A program made the translations under genes and the position numbers. Of a DNA stretch of 64,000 nt, positions 39,672 to 53,128 are shown piece by piece. Source of the stretch: Malacoraja senta (Eukaryota); the NCBI GenBank assembly GCA_038087875.1, contig CM075989.1, positions 23,872,001 to 23,936,000 of the forward strand, given 5' to 3'. The first letter of the stretch is position 1. Every line of letters begins with the position of its first letter. The notes below the pieces were generated by a model that saw nothing but the letters and a program-made list of their open reading frames with translations, was not told the origin of the DNA and ran no database searches.

Positions 39672-39990
39672 AGGGCCTGTCCCACTTGGCGATTTTTTAG
39701 GCAACTGCCGGCGACTGTCATAGCCGTAGCAGGTCGCCGAAAAACCGGCAACAACCCACATCATCCTGGCGACAACTACAACAGCACCTACGTCAGGAGA
39801 AGTCAAGGTAATCTCATTGGCGTCAAACCCACTGTCGACGAAAATTTTTCAACGTTGAAAATTTAGCGGTGACCAGAAAGACGCTACGACTTTTTGCACG
39901 ACTGAGGAGACGACTCCCGGCGACCACCGGCGAACATGTGGCGACAAACTAGTCGCCTGCAGTTGCCTAAAAAATCGCCCAAGTGGGACA
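39672..39990. mobile_element. PIF/Harbinger-type MITE (related subfamily) inserted in a CR1 3' tail
   Basis: AGGGCCTGTCCCACTTGG ... CCAAGTGGGACA ends. It interrupts the CR1 tail motif GAGTAGAAT|GCCATTCGGCCC. Confidence 0.75.
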
Positions 39991-40400
39991 TGAGCCATTC
40001 GGCCCATCAAGTCTGCTCCGCCATTCAATCATGGCTGATCAGTCTCTCCCTCCTAACCCCATTCTCCTGCCTTCTCCCCATAACTCCTGACACCCGTACT
40101 AATCAAGAATCTATCTATCTCTGCCTTAAATATATCCACTGACTTGGCCTCCACAGCTGTCTGTGGCAAAGAATTCCACAGATTCACCACCCTCTGACTG
40201 AAGAAATTCCTCCTCAACTCCTTCCTAAAAGAACGTCCTTTTATTCTGAGGCTATGACCTCTAGTCCTAGACTCTCCCACTGGTGGAAACATCCTCTCCA
40301 CATCCACTGTATCCAAGCCTTTCACTATTCTGTACGCTTCAATGAGATCCCCCCTCATTCTTCTAAATTCCAGCGAGTACAGGCCCAGTGCCGACAAACG
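39991..40400 (-). mobile_element. CR1 3' fragment (others at ~410-705, 2215-2480, 13965-14500, 16150-16445, 25025-25520, 30775-31060, 36970-37430, 43290-43890, 46865-47350, 48830-49540, 55010-55340)
   Basis: LGLYSLEFRRMRGDLIE...TRGHSLRIKG...NFFSQRVVNLWNSLP peptide. Confidence 0.85.
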
Positions 40401-40702
40401 CTTTTAATCACAACACTGACCACACGTCAAAAATAAATAATGACCCATGATCGAGCATTAATCTAAGGTCATTACTGGCCCTGCATAAAGTGCAAGCTCT
40501 GGTTTTATTTCAATTACTCTTCCGTTCTTTTGCTCCATTAATTAAATAAGTGGAAATTGACTGAAACATGAATCCACTTTGTGCATTCCACATTGGAAGC
40601 TCCACACTGTGTCGGGGCACGGCTGTGCGGGAGGTGAGGGAAGTCTATTTGAAATTCATATCACTTTTGACTTCTTGTTCTCTTTTTATGAAGAGCTTTA
40701 GT

Positions 40703-41743
40703 TAGGTATGTTACAAAACTTACCTTCAGTTGCGCTGTAATTCTGTCACTGGCCGTGTGTGCGATTTTGGCGCCTTTAAGGGGGGGAAGGGTTAAAACGC
40801 GGGTTTCTCCTCCCTTGTCCTGGTTAATATTTAGTTGGAGTACAAGCCTTGGCTGACAAATCGTTCCTAGTGGCATTTTGTGTATTTTTTATTTTTATTA
40901 AATCGTCAATGTCAGCGCTAGAGTAATTTTAAAAGCAGCTCCTGAAGCGTCAACGCCGATAACGGGGACGGATTTCACACACGGGACAGGTAAACGAAAG
41001 TGGTTTCTTTAAATGTATAAAAGTGCTTCTTAAGAAGCCTTTAATTCACAATTTTTCATGCGACACGGTGATTTTATTCCCCGAATTAACGGCAGTATTT
41101 TTCATGCCAATACGGGGTTAAATTCACCGCAAATCAACGTTCCAAAAGATCGCGTTTCAGAAATCCTCACTCACAAGATGATTTAAATGCCCATTAATTT
41201 ACAGGTATTAAACTTTCAATTCCTTCCATTTGGCCTGTAAATTCATGAAAATTAGATTTAAAAATTATGCTATATTGTGAATTATTGTGTGAATGTTATT
41301 TGGACACTTAGGCTATTTAAAAATGTTAATCTATTCTTAAGAAATTGATAGATGTTTAGATCTAGTAATTGAATTTTGTAATTAGCTACAATTAGGTAAC
41401 TAACTAATTATATGCTTTACTTTCATGTCTTCGAAGTAAGATTGTTTCATATTTGTTTCAGAATGCTTCAATCTATAATAACTGAAAATTTCTTTCAGTT
41501 ATCATAATTTTTAAGAAAGTTATGGGCTTTTAACTGTCCTCGATCACAGCTTTTGTGTTAAGTCAATGGAAAAGCAATAGGGAACTAGATGCTAATTTCT
41601 GAGTATGATAATGGCCATAACTTTTTTAATACTGAAGATATGAAAGTGAATTAAGTGTCAAATTAAACTTCTTTTTGTGCTTTATCTGATGGGATAAATT
41701 GCAGACTTTATTTTTAAAATCTCAAAATTTTGTAACATTGCTA
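40703..41743 (-). mobile_element. Non-autonomous DNA transposon, ~1041 bp, 7-bp TSD (copy 2, inverted relative to copy 1)
   Basis: Ends TAGGTATGTTACAA ... TTGTAACATTGCTA. The direct repeat CTTTAGT flanks it at 40696-40702 and 41744-41750. Confidence 0.85.
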
Positions 41744-42444
41744 CTTTAGTGACTTTTGTTATAGAGTCATACAGTGATACAGCGTGGAAACAGGCCCTTC
41801 GGCCCAACTTGCCCATGCTGGCCACCATGTCCCAGCTACACTAGTCCCACCTGCCCGCGTTTGGTCCATATCCCTCCAAACCTGTCCTATTTATGCACCT
41901 ATCTATGTCCTATCCGAGACCCGGGTTCGATCCTGACCACTGGTGCTGTCTGTACAGAGTTTGTACGTTTACCCCGTGACCATGTGGGTTTTCTTCGGGT
42001 GTTCCGGTTTCCTCCCACATTCTAAAGACATGCAGGTTCGTCAGTTAACTGGCTTCTGTAAATTGTCCCTAGTGTGTGTTGGATAGAACTAGTGTATGGG
42101 GTGATTGCTGGTCAACGTGGACTCGGTGGGCTGAGGGGCCTGTTTCCACGCTGCATATCTAAACTAAGCCATATATCTAAACTAAGCCATCAAAATAATA
42201 TACCATCTTTAATTTGAACTTTGTGGTACAAGATCAGTTTCAGTTTAGTTTATTGTCACATGTACCAAGGTACAGTGAAAAGCTTTTGTTGCGTGCTAAC
42301 CAGTCAGCAGAAAGACAATACGTGATTACAATAGACCCATTTACAGTGTATAGATACATGATAAGGGAATAACGTTTAGTGCAAGGTAAAGCCAGCAAAG
42401 TCCAATCAAGGATAGTCCAAGGGTCACCAATGAGGTAGATAGTA

Positions 42445-42645
42445 CTGGAGAAACTCAGCGGGTGAGGCAGCATCTATGGAGCGAAGGATATAGGCAACAT
42501 TTCGGGCCAAAACCCTTCTTCTGAAGAGGGGTTTCGGCCCGAAACGTTGCCTATTTCCTTCGCTCCATAGATTCTGCCTCACCCGCTGAGTTTCTCCAGC
42601 ATTTTTGTCTACCTTGGATTTTCCAGCATCTGCAGTTCCTTCTTA
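42445..42645. mobile_element. Penelope-like LTR fragment with inverted (fold-back) duplication
   Basis: GAGAAACTCAGCGGGTGAGGCAG...CCCTTCTTCTGAAGAGGGG...CTGCCTCACCCGCTGAGTTTCTC, with the apex at the hammerhead core. It is inserted in a Rex1 3' UTR. Confidence 0.7.
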
Positions 42646-42781
42646 ACCAATAGATAGTACTGGAGTTCAGCACTGCTCTCTAGTTGTGGTAGGGTGGTTC
42701 AGTTGCCTGATAACCGCTGGGAAGAAACTGGAGATGTGCGTTTTCACACTTCAATACCCTTATTTCTGTTCTGTTAGTTAC

Positions 42782-42873
42782 CTGTGTAGTCCTGTTGAAG
42801 TCCGCTTGTCAGTCTTGCTCAGTATCACCTGCCTTTCAGGCTGGCTGATCATCTCTTCAGATGTACAGTCCAT
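42782..42873 (-). CDS. Candidate coding exon 1 of an unknown 94-aa protein
   Basis: GTCATGG Kozak context; encodes MDCTSEEMISQPERQVILSKTDKRTSTGLH; ends CAG|GTAACT (phase 2); lies in non-repeat sequence. Confidence 0.35.
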
Positions 42874-45800
42874 GACACGGCTACCAGGCACGGCCTTTAA
42901 TCAGAGAGATGAGGATTCAAGAGTACAGCGCTTGTCAACGACTGAATGAAGTCAGCAGTTAACAGCTGTGGGCACAAGTCAGATGGAATGAGCAATTCGC
43001 AGCTAACGCCACAGGCAAGGAAATCATTGGCAAAATTGCTAAGCACTCGAGTAAACTCGAGATGTAAGCGGACACTGGTATTTGTGTGGCTGTGTGATAT
43101 TAAAACTGATGAATGCAGTGTTCCCCTGTCTTAGCATTGTTGCTGGTCATGTGCATTGTTAGGTACTTGCAAATGTCAGCATTATGCAGGACCATCCACA
43201 AACTGTGGCTACTTCCAGAGCTGCAGGCTGCTCCTGTGCTGTCCTTTAACCAGTTTCAACTTTACTGTATTTTTCCAAGATCTAATCTATAAGAAGGCAA
43301 ATGTAACGTCAGCATTCATTCTGAGAGGACTATATTAAAAACGAGCATGTAACGCTAAGGCTTTATAAGATAGTGGTCGGACAGAATTTGGAGTATTGTG
43401 AGCAGTTTTGCCCGCCATATCTGAGGAAGGATGTGCTGGCGTTGGAGAGGGTCCAGAGGAGGTTTACGAGAATGATCCCGGGGATGAGTGGGTTAACGTA
43501 TGATGAGCGGGTGACGGCACTGGGCCTGTACTCGCTGGAGTTTTTGAAGGATGAGTGGGACCCTCATTGTGAAATGACTGAATAGTGAAAGGCCTGGATA
43601 GAATGGATGTGGAGAGGATGTTTCCACTAGTGGGAGAGTCTCGGGCCAAATGGTTGTACCTTTAGAATGGAGATGAGGAAGAATTTCTTCTGCCAGAGGG
43701 TGGTGAATCTATGGAATTCATTGCCGCAGTGGGCCGTGGAGGCCAAGCTATTGGGTATTTTTACAGGCAGAGATTGACAGGGGCTTGATTAGTAAGAGCA
43801 TCAGAAGTTACGGGGAGGAGAGGGTTGAGGGGAAAAGTAGATCAGCCATGATCGAATGGCAGTACAGACTCAATGGGCCTAATGGCCTAAATCTGATCCT
43901 GTGTCTGAAGGTAAGAGTACAATGCAAAAACTCCTTCCATCCTTATGTTGACACCTGCCTGAACTCAATACTGAACAAACTAACTTCCAGGGGCTGGCAT
44001 TTCTTTATTTATTGCAAACAAGGATATATTGCAAATGGAGAAAAAATTGCTGATGCTGGAAATGTAACTTTGCAACTGTGATTTGTAACGTAACTCGAAG
44101 CAGCAGCATCGTGATACGTAATTGTCAGCAATTATAAACTGAAGTGAGATTTAACTTCCAATTAATCAGATTGTTCTCAGAAAAATGTAGAATCTGAATC
44201 TTAAATCGGAGCAGGATTATGCTGATAAAGTAAGTTTATCATTTCCAAAAAGCAACTAAAATCCAGGAAAGCTGTAATTCTTAAAACCAATCTTGAATTT
44301 TTCACCACGTTGTACCCAGCTACTAGATGAAAACTCTTCGAAATTTTTATCCCACATTATAACAGCAATTACACTTCAAAACTATTTAAAACAGTTAAAA
44401 TATTAAATGCGGGGCGGCACGGTGGTGCAGCGGTAGAGTTGCTGCCTCACCACACCAGAGACCTGGGTTCGATCCTGACTACGGGTGCTGTCTGTACAGA
44501 GTTTGCACGTTCTCCCCGTGACCTGCGTGGGTTTTCTCCAAGATCTTCGGTTTCCGCCCACGCTCCAAAGATGCGCAGGTTTTTATGTTAATTGGTGTAA
44601 ATGTAAACATTGTCCCCAGTGTGTGTAATGTGCGGGGAGTCGCGGGCTCGGTGGGGCGAAGGGACTGTTTCCACGCTCTAGCTCTAAACTAAACTAAACT
44701 AAGATGATAAGGGTTTGGGAATTTTCTAAGGATCTCAAAGTCTAGGGAGTGAAGTTCAATATATAAAAGAAAACTAACTAGTGTGAAATCTCCAACTTTA
44801 GACAACTAACCATCAACACCTCCTCTTCCTCCTGCCTCTCTTCCCTGCATCCCACCTATTTCTCCCACTATTCCGACAGACCTTCAACTTCTCCCATTCC
44901 CTTCCACCTGTATCCTTTCCTCTAGCTTCACATTCCTTGTCTCCGCTCGCCCTGCCTCACACCCATTTTCTGATTCTCAGCTCTGGCTTACGTCCACATA
45001 ATTCACCAATGTAAACCCTCCTCACCTGTATCCACCTATCCCTTGCTTGGATAGACACAAAATGCTGGAGTAAAATGCTGGAACAGGCAGCATCTCCGGA
45101 GAGAAGGAATGGGCAACGTTTGGGATCGAGTCTGAAGAAAGGACTCGACCCGAAAAGTCACCCATTCCTTCTTTCCAGAGATGTTGCCTGTCCCGCTGAG
45201 TTACTCCAGCATTTTGTGTCTATCTTCGGTGTAATCCAGCATCTGCAGTTCCTTCCTGGACCCTCCATCCTCCTCTCCGGTTCCCGGTCTACGGGGGCGG
45301 GAAGGGGCCGGGCTTGGCGGCTCCCTCTCCCGGTTTCCATGGCAGGTGAGACGAGCCAGGCCTGGTGCCAGGGGAAGGGCCGGGGCTCGCCGGTAACGTG
45401 ATCTGCACCGTCGCCCTCAGGGGAAAGTTCAAATGACAGTGCAAGAGATTGGCCACAAACTGCATCAGTAGCAATGAGGCAAAACTGTAATGTAAGCAGC
45501 TTAATAAATGAACGTAAACTGCAGCGGGATACAGCAGAGCACACTTAAACATTCACCCTCTCACAGACCAGAGTGCTCCTTTCCCAAGAGTCACATTTCA
45601 TCTGGAATTATAAAGCTGTCAGCTCATTCCTAGTAAAGTACAAGAAACTGCTGCTGATGGAGGTTTTTAAACACTGGTGTTTTTATTCTAATTTACCCGT
45701 TGGGATGTGGTCACCGTATGCAAGGTCAGCATTTATTGTTCTCCCAAACTGTCCGCGGGGAGGAAGGAGTGTGGTGTTAATGGACGCTGCAGTCTCCACA

Positions 45801-47744
45801 ATGAAGGCACATCCACAGTGTTGTGTGACAATAGACAATAGGTGCAGGAGTAGGCCATTCGGCCCTTCGAGCCAGCACCGCAATTCAATGTGGATCATCC
45901 CCAATCTGTACCCCGTTCCTGCCTTCTCCCCATATCCCCCTGACTCCGCTATCTTTAAGAGCCCTATCTAGCTCTCTCTTGAAAGTATCCAGAGAACCTG
46001 CCTCCACCGCCCTCTGAGGCAGAGAATTCCACAGACTCACAACTCTCTGTGTGGAAAAAGAGATGAGGAACATTATCGTTTTACCACCCACCCTCCTGGT
46101 GTTGAGATTCATGCCACACCAACCTAGCAAGGCAGTGATGGAGGGCAGTGCCTGAGGTAAGGGAGAAGTGGCCGGACTTTGGCTGCCTCTGCCCCTAAGC
46201 CACTGCTGGCAGTCAGTCACCAGTCTGACAGACTTCCCACCACTTGCCTGGAGAGCTCTTCCCCAGGAAGCTCGAGCAGTGGGCGTGATAGCATTTCAAT
46301 ATGGGCTGTGAATTTACGATACGATATGATAGAACTTTATTTACCCCAAGAGGGAAATTGATCTGCCAACAGTCATAAAAAAACAGATCAACGATGATTG
46401 GCGGAGTAGCAATGAAACTTCTGTCCGATAATGCTCCTGTTCAACGCTTTATTTTGATCCTTTACAAAAACCCATTGTGAGAACTAAGTACAAGTTCTTG
46501 CTGTAAAATCTAAATACAGTGTGTCACGCATTAACCACACGTCAGCCTTGGAGAGCCCGACATTTGGCATCTCCTTCAGGGTATGAGTTGCATTGGCTGA
46601 TCATTAATTTGCACTTGGAGCATACAGCGTTGGATCCTTTAAGTTCTCAAACGCTGTTGAGAACTCGTAAACCAGGTATTTATAGCCTTCTCGTGAGAAT
46701 ACAAAAAAAACTGTTCTCAATAATCTACCTCTGGCCCATTGCAATTGAAAATGAATGCGAACACTGCTCTCAGGTTTCTTCACCCAATGGTTTGATTGAA
46801 CTGAATCATCCTGCAAACTCAATCTCAGAGACTGTTATATCCTGATAATACAATGTGCTGAACAACTTGGATTGGATTCTCTAGAACGCCGGAGGTTGAA
46901 GGGAAACCAAAGATAGACACAAACTGCTGGAGTAACACAGCGGGACAGGCAGCATCTCTGCAGAGAAGGAATGGGTGATGTTTCGGGTCGAGACCTGATA
47001 GAAGTGTGTGACATTATGAGATAGGGTAGACACTCATAGGGTGGAATTGTCATAGACTAGTGGGCATAACTTTGAGGTGAGAGGGGCAAAGATGAAAGGA
47101 GATGTGCGTGGGAGGTGTTTTACACAGAGGGTGGTGGGTGCCTGGATTGTGCTGCCAGGGGTGGTGGTGGAAGCAGATACCATTGTGGTATTTAAGAAGC
47201 TTTTAGATAGGCATATGGGTACACAGGGAATGGAGAGATATGGATCACGTGCAGGCAGAGGAGATTAGTTTACCTTAGTTTCTCTTGGCTTTGTGTTCAA
47301 CACAGACATTGTGGGCCAAAGAGCCTGTTACCGTGCTGTACTGTTCTATGTTATATGGTGCAGTGATAGAGCTGCTGCCTCATAGACCCAGGTTCGATCC
47401 CGACTACGGGCGCTTGTCTGAATGGAGATTGTATGTTCTCCACGTGACCTGCGTGGGTTTTCTACGGGTGCTCCAGTTTCCTCCCACACTCCAAAGACGT
47501 GCCGGTTTATAGGTTAATTGGTATATTTGTAAATTGTCCCTATTGTAAGTGTGCAGGGATCACCGGTTGGCACAGACTCGATGGACCAAAGCGCTTGTTT
47601 TTATGCTGTAAACTAAACACTATAGGGGCATATTGTTGGGCGAAGGAAAGGATTTGGCATGACAAATCTTGGACTTGATGGCTGCACTATTTTGTAATGA
47701 TAATAAGACATTTTGTAATAAATCCATCAAAACGGCATCAATAA

Positions 47745-48046
47745 AGGGCCTGTCCCACTTACGCGATTTTTTTCGGCGACTTGCCGGCACCCGTCATAGT
47801 CGCAGCAGGTCGCCGAAAATTTTCAACATGTTGAAAATCCAGCGGCGACCAGAAAAAGGTACGACTACTCACGACCATACAGGTGTCACCCCGCGACATG
47901 TCGACACGTGAGTAGTCGCCCAAAGTGTCGTACCTTTTTCTGGTCGCCGCTGGATTTCCAAAATGTTGAAAATTTTCAGAGACCTGCTGCGACTATGACG
48001 GGTGCCGGCAAGTCGCCGAAAATATCGCGTAAGTGGGACAGGCCCT
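47745..48046. mobile_element. PIF/Harbinger-type palindromic MITE (complete)
   Basis: TIR AGGGCCTGTCCCACTTACGCGA. Almost the whole element folds back on itself. TAA flanks both sides (47742-47744 and 48047-48049). Confidence 0.85.
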
Positions 48047-49544
48047 TAACTATTGGTGGGGCCATTTAACATGGAAACTTTAAATGAAGAATCCAATTCC
48101 TTATTTGTATAATTTCCTTTTACAACGAGACGAAGGTTTAACATTTCAGCACAGTGTTCTGGTGCAGCTTTTAGTAGCTCTTTTAAACTTACAATGAAAT
48201 CAATGTTGATATAATATGGAATGCTACTGGAACTAATATCTTGTGAAAAGTCCTGTTTTTTTGTTTGGAAAACAAACCACACCTCTTGTAAAAAAAAACT
48301 TGTCCAGTACATTTCATGTCAAACTTTGACTCAATTACCTTAAAGTTATGCTCTCTAGTCCTTGATATTTCCACCCTGGGAAAATGGTTCTGACTCTCTA
48401 CCCTATCTATATGCCTCATAATTTTATTGGCAAGTCCATTCATCCTTCACAAAATTCCCATCTCAAGAGTGTTTTTATTGTCATGTGCGCTGAAATGGAA
48501 CAATTACATTTTTACTTGCGGCAGCACACCAGATACTGTATGTAAACATAGTACTCTTGATACGCTTTGAAAGTTGAGACAACAGAACTTGTGTTCAAAG
48601 ACCTCTGTTCTTGATGCCAAAAGTGCTTTGATTTTACAGGAAGTGAACTCTGTTTAAAGTGTGGAGTTGAATGTAATGAGGGAAACACTGTAAACTAATT
48701 AGATACACATTGATCTTACTGTGATAATGACCAACTAATCTGTTAGTCGGGAGAGAAATATTGGCCAGAAAACCAGGCAGAGAAAAACAGATCTTTTACA
48801 TGCAACTGAAAGAATCGATTGGTTCATAGGGTTATACTGCACGAAAACAGGCCCTTCAGCCCAACTTGCCCATGCTGACCAAAATGCCCCATCTATATTG
48901 GTTCCACCTTCCCATATTTGGCCCATTTCATTTATCCATGTACCTGTCCAAATGTCTTTCGAATGTTGTGAAAGTACTTGTGTCAACTACCTCCTCTGGC
49001 AGCTCGTTCCATATATCAACCACCCTTTTGGAAAAACATGCCCCTCAAGTTCCTATTAAATCTTTCCCCTCTCACCTTAAACCTATGTTCTCTTGTTCTT
49101 GATCCTCCTATTCTGGGTAAAAGACTTTGTGCATTCAACCTATCTATTCCCCTCATGATCCAACACCCCTCTAAAAGTTCACCCCTCAGCCTCCTGCGCT
49201 CCAAGAAATAACATCCTCACCTGCCTGACTTCTCCCCACAGTTATGGCCTACAAGTCCAGTCAACATCCTCGTAAATCTTTGCACTCTTTCTAGCTTAAC
49301 AAAACCCTTCCCTTAGTAGGGTGACCAAAACTGAACACAATACTCCATATGCAGCCTGGGCAACTCTAACATAACATCCCAACTTCTACACTCAAAGCCC
49401 TGACTGATGAAGGCCAATGTATCAAAAACCCTATCCACATGTGACACCACTTTCAAGTAATTATATACCTGCACTCCTAGATCCCTCTACTCTGCAACAT
49501 GCCCCAGGGCCAACCCTTCAATGTGTAGGTCCTGCCTAGGCATT

Positions 49545-50460
49545 TGTCCTTTTGCATACCGTCCATACAGTTTGATGACCTCGAAAAGATCATCCACACA
49601 TTCATCTCCTCCCGCCTAGATTACATAGATACATGGATACATAGAAAATAGGTGCAGGAGTAGGCCATTCGGCCCTTCGAGCCTGCACCGCCATTCAATA
49701 TGATCATGGCTGATCATCCAACTCAGTATCCCGTACCTGCCTTCTCTCCATACCCCCTGATCCCCTTAGCCACAAGGGCCACATTACTGCAACTCCCTTT
49801 ACACTGGCATCAGCCAATCTTCCCTGTCCCGCCTGCAACTGGTCCAAATCGCCGCAGCGAGACTCCTGACGGGCACCCGAAAAAGGGACCACATCACCCC
49901 GATCTTGGCCTCTCTCCACTGGCTCCCTGTGCGGTTCCGTATTAACTTCAAGATCCTCCTCCATGTCTACAAAGCCCTCAATGGGCTTGCCCCCACCTAC
50001 ATAAAAAGTCTTCTCACCCACCACTCCACCTCCAGGTCCCTCAGATCGGCCGACTTGGGGTTGCTGAATATCCCACGGTCTAGGCATAAGCTCAGGGGCG
50101 ACCGCGCCTTTGCGGTTGCAGCCCCTAGACTGTGGAACAGCATCCCCCTCCCCATCAGAACTGCCCCCTCCATCAACTATTTTAAGTCAAGACTAAAGAC
50201 TTATCTATACTCCCAAGCCTTTCCTGACGTCCTCTGAGTGAGGGCTACATGTATATATGTAGGTACACAAAAATGCTGGAGAAACTCAGCGGGTGCAGCA
50301 GCATCTATGGAGCGAAGGAAATGGGTAACGTTTCGGGCCGAAACCATGTATGTAGTTTGTTTTGTTTGTGCTATTCTTATAACAAATGTAAAGCACTTTG
50401 GCCAACGAGAGTTGTTTTTTAAATGTGCTATATAAATAAATGTGACTTGACTTGACTTGA
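49545..50460 (+). mobile_element. L2-clade LINE 3' fragment with nested CR1 tail (~49623-49782) and Penelope-like piece (~50262-50345); second L2 tail at ~62636-62906
   Basis: LASLHWLPVRFRINFKILL.VYKALNGLAP...GDRAFAVAAPRLWNSIP peptide; (GACTT)n tail. Confidence 0.85.
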
Positions 50461-52811
50461 TTCACTTGTACCATGTCCATCTTCATATCTCTAGTCTCTC
50501 TCTCCCCTGACTCTCAGTCTGAAGAAGGGTCTCGACCCAAAATGTCACCCATTCCTTCTTTCCTGAGATGCTGCTTGTCCCGCTGAGTTACCCCGGCTAT
50601 CTTTGGACTAAACCAGCATCTGCAGTTCGCCGCAAAATTCAACGTTAAAAATAATTTGTTGTTTTAAGTAACTATTTGTTATAATTTGTGGGGGGGGGGG
50701 GGGGTTCCTTTATTTTTTCCTCGGGCAGCACCTGTAACGTGAATGAGATCTCGACCCCAAAATGTCAACAATTATTTCCCCCCTTACCCCACCTCCCACA
50801 GATGCTGCCCGATCCCTGAGTTTGCCCAGCAGTTTGGAGTTTGTTCCAGATTCCAGCATCAGCAGTCTCTTGTGCATCCAAATATTGATTGAAGCATTAG
50901 TGATAACTCCATTTGAAGTCACGCCATGAAGTGTTTTATATCCATTTTACAGAGAGCACTGTCTCTATTTATTGTCTTTCTGGGAAAATGACACCTTTAA
51001 CAAATAGCCCAGCAGGACTGCTTTGGAAGTCACAAGCATTTATTGTGCTTAGGTCTCTGCTTCAGAAGATATGAGCATGTGCACTAGGATTGTGCATAAC
51101 CAGGATGCCTTGAGTTATCCAGTATATATTTGTCTCTTATGGTGAAAACAGATGCCTGGCCTCAAATTCAAGATGCAGCACGGTGGCGCAGCGGTAGAGT
51201 TGCAGTCTCACAGCGCCAGAGAGCCAGGCTCAATCCAGACCTCAGGTACTGTCTGTGCTGGAGTTTGTACGTTCTCCCCGTGACTGCGTGGGTTTTCTCC
51301 AGGTGCTCCGGTTTCCTCCCACACTCCAAAGACGTGCAGGTCGGTAGGTTAATTGGTTTCTGTAAATTGTAAATTGTCCCAAGTGCGTGGGATAGTGCTA
51401 GTGCACGGGGTAATCACCGGTCAGCGCGGACTCGGTGGGCCGAAGGGCCTGTTTCGGAGGCTGTATCTATCTCTAAGGTCTAAAGTGCCAGAATATTTCT
51501 GTCTTAGTTTCAGATCTCTTTATCATGTAGAGTCTTCTCTTTTAACATGGAGCCGCTACCAGATAGCAACTATTGAAATATTTAAGAGAAGCATCTCTTG
51601 TGTATATAATTTATCGTGTGTTGCCATGTACATACGAGAAGCACCACAGCCCTGGGTCCGAGCACGGATTACATGCTTTGACTAACGAGGTTGACTCAGA
51701 CAAAACAGCAATACCACAAGTTCTCTTCACAAAAGATGGATCAGGATATACGTGTGGGAATTGTGTAAGCTTGTGTTGCCCAAAAAAAGTTTAACTGCAA
51801 ATTGGGCAATTAAAGAGTCCCTTGCAGACGTGGTCATGCACAGCACTGGGGGCTCTGGCAGTGTTTAGAAAACATCTTTGACATTGCCATCACAACTCGT
51901 ACCAGGCAATGGGCATCTGGGACCCTATTGTTAGACTTTCCTCCTCTGATCACTGATGTACATGTTGGTGAGGTACTAAGTTTCACATCTGGGAGATGTG
52001 CCAACTGATCAGAACACAGCTCTTGGCCTTGTTTCCCGGACAGCTAAGCTTCTAATCACAATCAAAGATGGTGAGGAAGTGTCTGTGACATGACTGTGGC
52101 TTTGTTCGACTTGTATATTAGATGGTGATGTGCTATTTGTATATGGTTCAATGATTCAATGGTCCTTTATTGTCACGTGTACCAAGGTACAGTCAAACGC
52201 TTGTTTGTTACATGGTATCATTAAGAATCATTTGATCTTTATTTTTGCTCAGTCTTCTTCTTGTCGAGTCCACGCACAAGATTAGAAGTTATTCAGCCAG
52301 AGCTGAACACACTTCTCGGCATCTGCATACAATGGTGTCTGTCTTGTACTTCTTGTGCTTCTTGTGCTTCTTGTGTGTGGTGGTGGAAAGATTGGTGGAG
52401 ACAGGACCATGACGTGAACACTCTTTCCTTGACCCCATTTGTGCTCAGTGATTTGCCGAGAGTTTCTGTACTGTTTGTGTTCTGTATTCTATCAGAGTGG
52501 ACAGTGTGTGTGATTGTTGGATGGGGGCTTGTGATAAGACCAACAACTAAGACCCATCTCAACTTGTTAATAAAATGCCAAGGAGTCTCCACCTGAACTC
52601 AGTGGAAGAGTTGCCCAATGCAGTTCTCAATCAAATATGTAGACAATGGTTCGATGGGGCTTTATATGTCACATATGCAACTGCACCGTGACATTATTTT
52701 TGCATATATTACACATGTTGGTGCTGCCATTTTTGGCGCCATTATACAAAGTCCAAAGTCCGGTCGGCCCGCTTGCTCGATGTACAGGAGCAGTTCAGAC
52801 AAACCGACGTC

Positions 52812-53128
52812 CCTCTTCTCTCCTCTCCTCTCCTCTCCGCTCCACTCCTCCCCTCCCCTCTCCTCTCCTCTCCTCTCCTCCCCTCTCCTCCCCCTCCTCC
52901 CCCTCCTCCCCTCTCCTCTCCTCTCCTCTCCTCTCCTCTCCTCTCCTCTCCTCTCCTCTCCTCTCCTCTCCTCTCCTCTCCTCCCCTCTCCTCTCCTCTC
53001 CTCTCATCTCCTCCCCTCTCCACCCCTCTCCTCTCCTCTCCTCCCCTCTCCTCTCCTCTCCTCTCCTCTCCTCTCCTCTCCTCTCCTCTCCTCCCCTTTC
53101 CTCTCCTCTCCTCTCCTCTTCTCTCCTC
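52812..53128. repeat. (CTCCT)n polypyrimidine microsatellite
   Basis: Directly visible in the sequence. Confidence 0.95.

Noticed and set aside
31280..41743. Composite transposon that captured the H4 gene
   Set aside because: Each copy has its own distinct TSD and the outer flanks do not match, so these are independent insertions.
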